Below are positions 20,806 through 28,640 of a stretch of DNA of 64,000 nucleotides, one piece after another. The position numbers and the translations under genes were made by a program. Position 1 is the stretch's first letter. Each line of letters begins with the position of its first letter. Source of the stretch: an uncultured Nitrososphaerota archaeon (lineage in GTDB: Archaea > Thermoproteota > Nitrososphaeria > Nitrososphaerales > CADDZS01); contig CAWCYI010000004.1 in assembly GCA_963799845.1 (NCBI GenBank), forward strand, positions 1,440,001 to 1,504,000, written 5' to 3'. A model generated the notes under the pieces. That model was not told the DNA's origin, made no database searches, and saw only the letters and a program-made list of their open reading frames with translations.

Positions 20806-21951
20806 TCATTCAACATAATCAACCCGCTTTGTTATTCTAATTCCGCGCTTTTCCAGTTCCTTTGAAAACTGTTGAGAATCAATCGCGAGTTCAGGCGCCA
20901 AAACGCCCTTCCCAACTTTATCTTCAGCCAGGTACTGCCCAAATATCGATCCGGCGACTCCCGTGAGGTACGCGGTCGCATTCTTGAATCCATAGGAGCC
21001 GGGAGCAGAAACGAGGTCGCAGCTTACAGTGCATTTCTTTCCATCACCTACTCCGCTAACAACCGTCTTCAAAGCCACCCACCTCTCCAGCGATTCTGAG
21101 GAGTTGACGTTGAAAAACGAGACGAGGAATTCTTTTGGCGAGACGAGCTGACCGTTAATCGGCACCTCTCGCTCCTCCGACAGCATGCCGATTTCAATCA
21201 AAGGTGACAGCGCCCTCACCATTTTTTCCGAGATGCCCAGTCGGAATTCCACGTTCTTTACTCCCCTCCCGATTGAAGCGGGAAGCGTCGCCGGTTCGGA
21301 GTGGATCGAGTAGTGACAGACACTTTTTCCCACCGGCTCAGTGAATCTAACTTCCTCGTCCCCCGAAAGGGGCGGCACCTCAACATAGCCTCCGTTGAGG
21401 AACTCTACCGGTTTTCGCGTGTATTCGTCAATTACCGTGGAAACTGAGAATGGAAAAACCAAACCCGTGTTGCTCGAAGTCTCTTTCGATCCGGCATAGA
21501 CTTTGACAGAATCAACCGACTCTAGTCCTTCGGCTACGAGTGCGCACATCACGTTTGTGATCCCGGGACTTTCTCCTCCGCCGACGACCATGGATATTCC
21601 GCGAGTCTTAGCTTCGGAATCCAGAGAGAGCTGCTTTCGGGTCACGTGGAATAATCCTCCGAGGTCGTCATAGTTGCAGCCCGCCTTCAGACACGCTCTC
21701 ATTACATGCAAGTTGTTTTCGTACCACGTCGCATTTACGACGGCCTCGTATTTCTGGAGAAGCGATGAGAGAGACTCGAGATCAGTAACCTCCACTTTGA
21801 ACGCCTGTCCTGAACCTGCCTCCTTCACGAGCCCCTGCGCTCTATCAAGATGCATGTCCCCGACACCAAGCTCAACGTCCTTCCCCGTGCGGATCAGATC
21901 CTGAACGATGGCGGAACCCATCCTGCCGGCACCGAGAACGAAAACTCTCAT
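20806..21951 (-). CDS. Saccharopine dehydrogenase family oxidoreductase
   Basis: VLGAGRMG, YDDLGG, GESPGITN, HSE, GVLAPE. Confidence 0.88.
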   Translation of the reverse strand: MRVFVLGAGRMGSAIVQDLIRTGKDVELGVGDMHLDRAQGLVKEAGSGQAFKVEVTDLESLSSLLQKYEAVVNATWYENNLHVMRACLKAGCNYDDLGGLFHVTRKQLSLDSEAKTRGISMVVGGGESPGITNVMCALVAEGLESVDSVKVYAGSKETSSNTGLVFPFSVSTVIDEYTRKPVEFLNGGYVEVPPLSGDEEVRFTEPVGKSVCHYSIHSEPATLPASIGRGVKNVEFRLGISEKMVRALSPLIEIGMLSEEREVPINGQLVSPKEFLVSFFNVNSSESLERWVALKTVVSGVGDGKKCTVSCDLVSAPGSYGFKNATAYLTGVAGSIFGQYLAEDKVGKGVLAPELAIDSQQFSKELEKRGIRITKRVDYVE

Positions 21952-22089
21952 TGGACGTTACAACTTCTTCGGACTTTTTGAACAATTCGGAAAAATTGAC
22001 GCCCGTCGAATTGATCTAATCAGGCTAAGGAATTATTCATCCAATCCAACGTTCCGTTGAGACGCGGTAAACCCCAAAATATCAATCCT

Positions 22090-22111
22090 TATTACAGTAA
22101 TATTACAGTAA
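22090..22111. promoter_or_regulatory. Tandem TATTACAGTAA x2 upstream of tfb
   Basis: Exact 11-bp direct repeat, each unit near-palindromic (TTAC-A-GTAA), ending 38 bp before the tfb ATG. Confidence 0.5.
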
Positions 22112-22148
22112 CTTTCCTGCTTTTTCCAGGGAAGATGCTTAGAACCAA

Positions 22149-23069
22149 ATGACAAGCGAACAAGATTATTCTGAGAAGAGTAGAACTCTCGACGTGCCCG
22201 CGTGCTGCGCCCAGTGCGGCAGAGGCCCCTTCGTCCTTGACTCGTTCACCGGCGAGCTAGTCTGCAGCAGCTGCGGATACGTGGTAAAGGAAAAGATAGA
22301 GGATACCGAAGAGGAATGGAATCGGTACTCACGCGAGAATTCGCGAAACATTACAAACCGGGATATCTCGACGGTAATCGGCAAGGAAAACCTCGATGCC
22401 TCGGGCAGATCTTTTGGCTCTTCTATGAGAATGACGTTAGAGCGCCTTCGCTCCTGGGACAGGAGGACAAAGTTTCACTCATCGTTCGACGTGAGCCTTG
22501 CGAAGGGGCTGGCGCAGCTTGACGGGTTTGTGGAGAGAATGCATCTCAGCAGCTCCGTCGCGGAAAAAGCGGCATACATTTACAGAAAGTCTGTTGAGAA
22601 AAAATTGATCCACGGGCACACTATCTCCGGGATCGTTGCCGCATCTATGTACATCGCGATAAGAGAGACCGGGACGCCGCGAACGCTTAAAGAAGTTTCA
22701 GAGATCAGCGGGATTGAACGCTCCAAACTCTCCAACTGCTACCGGGTGATCGTTCGCGAGCTCGACCTCCGAATGCCGGTTGTCGATCCGAGGAGGCTGC
22801 TCTCGGGGATCGCGAGACGTGTTAATGCTCCAGAAAAAACGGAGAGGGCCGCGCTCGATATCTTGAGGCGCGCGACGGAGACGGGCGTCGCGAGTGGCAA
22901 AAATCCGACGGTGATGGCGGCGACTGCTCTCTATGTGGCCGGCGCCCAGCAATCCAGTGGGATAACCAAAAAGGATCTTGAGGTTGCTGCCGGTATTACT
23001 CTTCTGACGATAAGGTACCGCTCCAGGGAACTCGTTGAGGGACTGGAACTACCAAAGTTTGTTCGTTAG
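22149..23069 (+). CDS. tfb: Transcription initiation factor IIB (divergent paralog)
   Basis: Zn ribbon CAQCG..GELVCSSCG, B-linker RLRSWD, two cyclin repeats, PRTLKEV, GKNP. Confidence 0.93.
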   Translation: MTSEQDYSEKSRTLDVPACCAQCGRGPFVLDSFTGELVCSSCGYVVKEKIEDTEEEWNRYSRENSRNITNRDISTVIGKENLDASGRSFGSSMRMTLERLRSWDRRTKFHSSFDVSLAKGLAQLDGFVERMHLSSSVAEKAAYIYRKSVEKKLIHGHTISGIVAASMYIAIRETGTPRTLKEVSEISGIERSKLSNCYRVIVRELDLRMPVVDPRRLLSGIARRVNAPEKTERAALDILRRATETGVASGKNPTVMAATALYVAGAQQSSGITKKDLEVAAGITLLTIRYRSRELVEGLELPKFVR

Positions 23070-23233
23070 ACCCCTTCGACTCGCTTTACTACCAGAGGCC
23101 TGACCTTTCTCAACACGCGGTACCCGCAGCTGATACACTTTATCTCGGGGAGCTGGAGCAGCTCCTCGAGAGACTGCTTAGTCCCGCATCTCTCGCACTC
23201 GTAGATAACGGAACCGAATACTTTGTCGCTCAT
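23066..23233 (-). CDS. rpoP: DNA-directed RNA polymerase subunit P (Rpo12), 55 aa
   Basis: Below ORF-track cut-off. Manual translation MSDKVFGSVIYECERCGTKQSLEELLQLPEIKCISCGYRVLRKVRPLVVKRVEGV*; ATGA overlap with the upstream hydrolase. Confidence 0.88.
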   Translation of the reverse strand: MSDKVFGSVIYECERCGTKQSLEELLQLPEIKCISCGYRVLRKVRPLVVKRVEGV

Positions 23234-23862
23234 TTGCGCAACCACTCCTTCGCCTTTCCGACCTCGACGCTGATGAGGGAATGCGTCGAATCCTCCCAGT
23301 TCATGGTGACCTGCGCGCCGGCACCCTCCAGCATCTTCTGGAGAGCGACTGTACCTTCCCTCGGAATCATCGAGTCAAACCGCCCGGCCGAGATGAACAC
23401 TTTCTTCCCCGAAAGGTCCGGCATCTTCTCGAGCCTTAGCGGAAGCATCGCTCTAAATAAAATCGCGCGTCTCAAAGTCTCGGGCCTGAGGAGCAGCAAA
23501 CTCGCTCCGATATTAGCGCCGTTGGAATAGCCCAGCCCCACAACCGATCGTGGATCAAAGCCGTATTTCTTCGAAGCCGCTGAAACGAAATCGGCGAGTT
23601 CGGCTGTCCTGAACCTCAAGTCCTCAACGTCAAACACGCCCTCGGCAAAACGCCGGAAAAATCGCGGCATCCCATTTTCGAGTACCTTTCCTCTCGGACT
23701 CAGTATCGCCGCTTCTCCGTCGATCGTCCTTGCGAGCGAGAGCATGTCGTCCTCGTCTCCGCCGGTACCGTGGAGGACGAGCAGGGTATTTGCGCCGGCC
23801 CGTTTTGCTGGAATGAACCTGTGGATGAACCCCAGCTCTGAATCCATCTGTCTTGTGCTCAT
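23230..23862 (-). CDS. Alpha/beta hydrolase (MhqD-like carboxylesterase)
   Basis: LHGTGGDE, ENGMPRFFRR, GYSNGAN. Confidence 0.9.
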   Translation of the reverse strand: MSTRQMDSELGFIHRFIPAKRAGANTLLVLHGTGGDEDDMLSLARTIDGEAAILSPRGKVLENGMPRFFRRFAEGVFDVEDLRFRTAELADFVSAASKKYGFDPRSVVGLGYSNGANIGASLLLLRPETLRRAILFRAMLPLRLEKMPDLSGKKVFISAGRFDSMIPREGTVALQKMLEGAGAQVTMNWEDSTHSLISVEVGKAKEWLRK

Positions 23863-24962
23863 TTGGACTCCCTCACCTTCGCAAGCTTTGCGACGACGAG
23901 CGATTCCGGCGGCGTGGTAACTCTTGGATATTGCGGGGGCCCCGCCTGCGAATTCTTGTTATCTGTTTCTCCGAGAACTCTTTCAATATCCGCACGTCGA
24001 TCTTCTTCCCAGGGAGGCAGTACTAGTTTAGTCCCCAGTTTTTCAAGTGGCTCATCTACGGTGTATCCCGGATTCTTTGTTGCAATCTCTAGCAGGTTCC
24101 CGTCGGGATCCCGGAAGTAAAGCGAGTGAAACCAGAACCGATCAATTATTCCGGAGTTGTTTATTCCGAGGTCGTTTAGGCGCTTCATGATCTTCTGCTG
24201 GTCTTTGTCATCTTGAACCGCCATCGCGATGTGGTGGACGTTGCCCTTTCCGACAAAACCGTGCGACGCCTCCTCCGAAATCAGGTACCGCATAAAGTCC
24301 GGCTGTTCATCGTTCCCGATCGCGAGGATTGCAGTTCCCTCCTGATCCGGGTTCGGTTTCGTAAAGGGATTTTTCAGTGCGAGAAGTTTGTCAAAGAACA
24401 TAGTAGTGAGGTGCGCATCATTTGCAACGGGAGTCGCGTGGTTGAATTTCACGAGACGCATATCGGGGCTTATTGAAGTAACGCTGGAAGCAACTTTTCC
24501 TGCCTCGTCGAGGTATTCCTGCGATACCTCGTTGTTCGGATCTGGCACGGTAATCTCGACGATGACCCCGTCAGGATCTCGGAGGTACAGCGAAACTCGG
24601 CCATCCCTTGAGTAAGGGCCGGTGACCGAGACGCCCTGCGAGACAAGCCACGACTTCCATTTGTGTAAAGAATCAATGCTGGGAGCGGTGTACGCCAGGT
24701 GATGAGGAGATCCCAGCCCAATCTGTCCCCTCGGCAGGTCAGGCCACTCGAAGAAAGTTATGGCACTACCGGTGGTTCCCTTCTCGTCGGCATAGAAAAG
24801 GTGCCGGTGAAATATATCGTCTTGATTGACTGTGAGCTTTACTCGGCGCAGCCCCAGTATCTCTGTGTAAAACTTGTTGTTAACAACTTGGTTTGAAGTA
24901 ACGAGAGTGATGTGGTGCAGTCCTTTGACCAGGCCTTGCAAATCTTGAGACATTTTAATCAC
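23859..24962 (-). CDS. Ring-cleaving dioxygenase/glyoxalase (MhqO/PcpA family)
   Basis: GLHHIT, KLTVNQDD, TFFEWP, VHHIA, DRFWFHSLYFRDPDG..EIAT. Confidence 0.9.
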   Translation of the reverse strand: MIKMSQDLQGLVKGLHHITLVTSNQVVNNKFYTEILGLRRVKLTVNQDDIFHRHLFYADEKGTTGSAITFFEWPDLPRGQIGLGSPHHLAYTAPSIDSLHKWKSWLVSQGVSVTGPYSRDGRVSLYLRDPDGVIVEITVPDPNNEVSQEYLDEAGKVASSVTSISPDMRLVKFNHATPVANDAHLTTMFFDKLLALKNPFTKPNPDQEGTAILAIGNDEQPDFMRYLISEEASHGFVGKGNVHHIAMAVQDDKDQQKIMKRLNDLGINNSGIIDRFWFHSLYFRDPDGNLLEIATKNPGYTVDEPLEKLGTKLVLPPWEEDRRADIERVLGETDNKNSQAGPPQYPRVTTPPESLVVAKLAKVRESK

Positions 24963-25054
24963 TCCAAGACATTAGGCGCTCCTAAGTAATAAATCCCGCA
25001 GTTTCTCTCGGCCCAGTTAGTCCGTGCGGCTTTACCTAGAAACCTCTCCGTGAC

Positions 25055-25462
25055 CTAGACCTCGGTAAGATCTTCTTTGGATTTTCCGATGAAGATCTTC
25101 CCAAAAAAGATGTTATCTTTCTCCCTGAGTTTCAAGAGTTCGTTCGCGAGTCTCCTCTCGGCATATGGCATCGCGATGTTAATCCCGAGAGCTGCGTACC
25201 ACGACAAAATTGCGTAGATGAAAAGAGAGGCGATGATATACTCTCCCGGACCGGTTTTTAATTCAAACACGTTCAAAAGGAACAAGACAAGCGATGCGCC
25301 ACCCGAGGCCGAATAAACGAATCCCAGCCAGTAATATTGCAGCTGGGAATTGTCTATCTGCCTGATCTTTATCGTCCCGTTCAGGAGCGGGGCAACAAGA
25401 GCGAGGAGGGGCAAGAAAAGCAGGGAGAGCCCGTACTCCGGTAAAATGATATTGTACGACAA
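25055..25462 (-). CDS. Hypothetical membrane protein
   Basis: Three hydrophobic segments. Confidence 0.55.
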   Translation of the reverse strand: MSYNIILPEYGLSLLFLPLLALVAPLLNGTIKIRQIDNSQLQYYWLGFVYSASGGASLVLFLLNVFELKTGPGEYIIASLFIYAILSWYAALGINIAMPYAERRLANELLKLREKDNIFFGKIFIGKSKEDLTEV

Positions 25463-25643
25463 GAGAAAGCGGGGCCATCGGGATTGATCCGGACTCCGTC
25501 TCGCTTCCGAAAAAGTTCCTGAAAATATCTCTGAATGAAGAGCGTGTAAACTAGATTTAGAGCAAGGACGAGTGTGAGATCGATGAAGAAGCTTTTGAAC
25601 GATAACAGGTTGAATAGTCCCTTATTGTCCTCTTCTCCGGGAT

Positions 25644-25964
25644 TCAGTTTTTCTGTATGCCCTCGATATCTCGTCTAGAAGTCGATATCACAAATTTCCT
25701 GCGTAGAAGCTTGTTGTTCGCAAAAAGCTTCACGAGCTGGACGAGAACGATCCCCCCGAAGACATAAGTGAACAGAAAACCTATGCCCACCCAGAGCGGC
25801 GATGCGATGACCTCGTGCAGCGTCGCCGTGGATATAGTCGCAATGCTCGGCAGTCCAAGCCGGTGTGGAATAATCCTGTGAAGCAGGATCCTGACTAACG
25901 CGTATATTGCGACGAGGAGGAACGGCGCAACCCAGAGAACCGCGATTTGAAGCCGTCGATTCAA
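25644..25964 (-). CDS. Hypothetical membrane protein
   Basis: Two hydrophobic segments. Confidence 0.55.
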   Translation of the reverse strand: MNRRLQIAVLWVAPFLLVAIYALVRILLHRIIPHRLGLPSIATISTATLHEVIASPLWVGIGFLFTYVFGGIVLVQLVKLFANNKLLRRKFVISTSRRDIEGIQKN

Positions 25965-25982
25965 GTCTGACGATTCAAATCT

Positions 25983-26558
25983 TTACGAAACCTTGGATCG
26001 CTCTAGCTTGTTACCGTATTTTTCGAGGAAGACAAGCTCTTCGAGCGACTTGCGGTTTTTCTTCTTCCCGGTGATTTTCTTTGCAGGGTATCCGAATCCG
26101 ACGACTATAGATGGCTCCAAGTTCGCGGGAATTGCAAGATCTTTTCTCATCTTGGAGAGATCAAACCCGGTGTACAGCCTGGATGCAACGCCGAAGTTCC
26201 AGGCGGCGACCTGCATATCTTGGGTAACTCTTCCCGCATCGATCAAATGAAATCCCAGTTTAGGATCGGTCAAGACTACAATTGCGAAATTGGCGCCCTG
26301 CACCCACTGCCCCGAAGTGCTGTCGTCTGCTAACTGCTTCAAGTTCTTGGGGTCCTGCACGAGAATAAACCGCCAGTGCTGGCTGTTGACACCACTGCCA
26401 GTCAACCTCGCAGCTTCCAGGATCTTTAGCTTTACATCTTTCGGAACCGGTTTTGAGTCGAATTCTTTTACGTCCAGCTTTGTTACAACTGCATCATATG
26501 CATCCATCGCAAATCTTACCTTCTCGAAAATAGAGTGATTATCTTTCTTAAAATCCAA
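25983..26558 (-). CDS. Nitroreductase family protein (true start may be MDAYDAV)
   Basis: ILEAARLTGSGVNSQHWRFILV, IDAGR, GFGYP. Confidence 0.88.
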   Translation of the reverse strand: MDFKKDNHSIFEKVRFAMDAYDAVVTKLDVKEFDSKPVPKDVKLKILEAARLTGSGVNSQHWRFILVQDPKNLKQLADDSTSGQWVQGANFAIVVLTDPKLGFHLIDAGRVTQDMQVAAWNFGVASRLYTGFDLSKMRKDLAIPANLEPSIVVGFGYPAKKITGKKKNRKSLEELVFLEKYGNKLERSKVS

Positions 26559-26655
26559 TCGTTAGTCCAAATTTTTGTGGACTCGGTAAAATTGTAAAAG
26601 ATTAGATGGGTCGAGCCGCGACTATGCGAGAATCTTTTCTATTACATCGCGATCC

Positions 26656-27213
26656 ATGGTGTTCATGACCAGTTCCAAACCCCTAGTTTTCGTTGTCCAG
26701 AAGCACAAGGCTACTTCGCTCCACTATGATTTCCGTCTCGAGATCGGAGGAGTAATGCCGTCGTGGTCGATTCCAAAGGGGCCTTCCCTCGACCCAAGTG
26801 TTAGACGCCTTGCCTTGCCCACTACCGACCATCCAATGGAATACAGGGATTTTGAAGGTGTACTGCCAAGAGGGGAGTACGGAGCGGGGCCCGTGATGAT
26901 CTGGGACGAAGGAACTTACGACGCCGAGAAGGAAATTACAAAGGGGATACGGGAAGAAATCACCGACCCGAAAAAAGGGAATATGGTCATGGAAGAGGGG
27001 TTGAAGGAAGGAAACCTGAAATTTCGCCTCTTCGGAAAAAAGTTGCAGGGCTCCTTTGCCCTGGTGCGGACTAAGGGATTCGGCGGTACGAAAGAGTCCT
27101 GGCTTTTCATAAAACACCGCGATCAGTTTGCGGTCAAGGGATACGATGCAAACGATTACGATGTTTCGGCGAGGACAAACAAGTCGCTCGCGGAAATTGC
27201 GGCTTCTCAATGA
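26656..27213 (+). CDS. Stand-alone LigD 3'-phosphoesterase (PE) domain protein
   Basis: FVVQKHKATSLHYDFRLE, SWSIPKGPSLDP, RLA..DHP..Y..FEG, YGAG.V.IWD.G. Confidence 0.93.
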   Translation: MVFMTSSKPLVFVVQKHKATSLHYDFRLEIGGVMPSWSIPKGPSLDPSVRRLALPTTDHPMEYRDFEGVLPRGEYGAGPVMIWDEGTYDAEKEITKGIREEITDPKKGNMVMEEGLKEGNLKFRLFGKKLQGSFALVRTKGFGGTKESWLFIKHRDQFAVKGYDANDYDVSARTNKSLAEIAASQ

Positions 27214-27271
27214 GTTGTGCTTACTGTAATATTACACCAACAGTTGAAAGAATGCCGTTAGCAAAAAACAG

Positions 27272-27389
27272 GGCATGAAACGAACTGTCCTGAGCTTACA
27301 GAGCTCGAAACGATCTGAACGCATTGAACAGAGCTTGAACATAGCTCTTCGGCCAAAAGCTTGCACGTGTGGGAACGCAGAAAAATTTT
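27272..27389 (-). repeat. Interspersed AGCT-hairpin element, copy 2 (partial, inverted)
   Basis: Reverse complement TTCTGCGTTCCCACACGTG..GGCCGAAGAGCTATGTTCAAGCTCTGTTCAATGCGTTCAGATCGTTTCGAGCTCTGTAAGCTCAG matches 13479-13590. Confidence 0.88.
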
Positions 27390-27465
27390 GGTTCTGTTCG
27401 TTCAAGCGGTGATTTTCTCGCCTGTTCGGCTGACGGTGATAAATCAAGGCCTTAAGCTTTTCCGG

Positions 27466-27693
27466 CTAATTCGACATTCTCCCTTTCTGAATATGGTCAT
27501 GGATTCCAGTGAGTAGAGCCGCTGTAATCATGGCGATAATAGCAGTTATTACGGCCGCGCCTATCGGAGATCCCAAAATTGGAAGCGTACCGTAGTAAGT
27601 GAATAGAGTGATGATGTTGAGCCCTAGATAGGATAAGTAAATTACGAAAAAGATGATTCCGAAACAGATTCCAAAGAAAAGACCGTTCGTCAA
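27466..27693 (-). CDS. Small membrane protein
   Basis: 75 aa, two hydrophobic helices. Confidence 0.5.
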   Translation of the reverse strand: MTNGLFFGICFGIIFFVIYLSYLGLNIITLFTYYGTLPILGSPIGAAVITAIIAMITAALLTGIHDHIQKGRMSN

Positions 27694-28250
27694 ATAGTCC
27701 GACAGCTTCGAACCGAAACTGTGTATAAATCCCTTTTATTTCGGTGCAACAGAATTAACAAAATCATTTTTGGCGGTCAGGGATGAATTTTGAAAAATCA
27801 GGCAAGACCTGCTTAAATGAAAGAATCCCGTTTAAGAAAAAATGCGATGAACCTTCAATCGCTAATAGCGGTCGCTCCATTTGCGACACTACTATTCAAG
27901 ACTAAACAAAAGTCTGTTAGTGTGCCAGCGATGATAGCGATTCTGATCGTGCTAGGGCTCGTCTTCCAAAACTGACAACAATCTCATACAGAGTCTACTC
28001 GATTCAGGGAAGCGTCCTCGTGGGAAAACAGGAGTTCATAACGGGATTCCAGATAGTCGCATTCGTTCTTGGGAGCATCAATTCGGTCGCGATTATCCCG
28101 GCTTCGCTTGCGAAGAGGAGGGTCTCAAATATCGCCAAGGACGAGAAGAAGCTGAGCGACGTACAACATTAGATCGTTTTGCGCATTTACTGTGATGAAA
28201 CGGCGAAAAGAATTTTGAGATGAGTTTCGAAAAACGATTTCGATTATAAT

Positions 28251-28535
28251 TTGAGGTTAGGAATTGTAATTTTCGGATTAGTTTTCCTTTTTCTGGGGAC
28301 TGCAACTTATGCTTACACCGTTACTGCAAATCTTCAAGAATATGCTTGTTCAGATCCTTGCACTCTGGTAATAACCGGAAATACAACACACTCGACATGT
28401 CAGAATAATTGTCCATATATCGGCGTGCCGGGTTCTGACGTTAAAATTGGCGGAGTTCTACTTGCAATTTTAGGAAGCATCTTAATCGGGATTGGTTTCC
28501 TTCCTAAGAGAAATAATCCATACATAACCTTGTGA
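28251..28535 (+). CDS. Small membrane protein with four-Cys loop
   Basis: TM, CSDPC...CQNNC, TM. Confidence 0.55.
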   Translation: MRLGIVIFGLVFLFLGTATYAYTVTANLQEYACSDPCTLVITGNTTHSTCQNNCPYIGVPGSDVKIGGVLLAILGSILIGIGFLPKRNNPYITL

Positions 28536-28640
28536 GCGTTCAGATATCGGACTTACTTTCGTGCCCCTTAGCTTTATCTTAAATCGGAAAAGTTTCGTCT
28601 GCATTCACTTTTTTAGCTTCCAACAAATTTTCTTTAGCAG

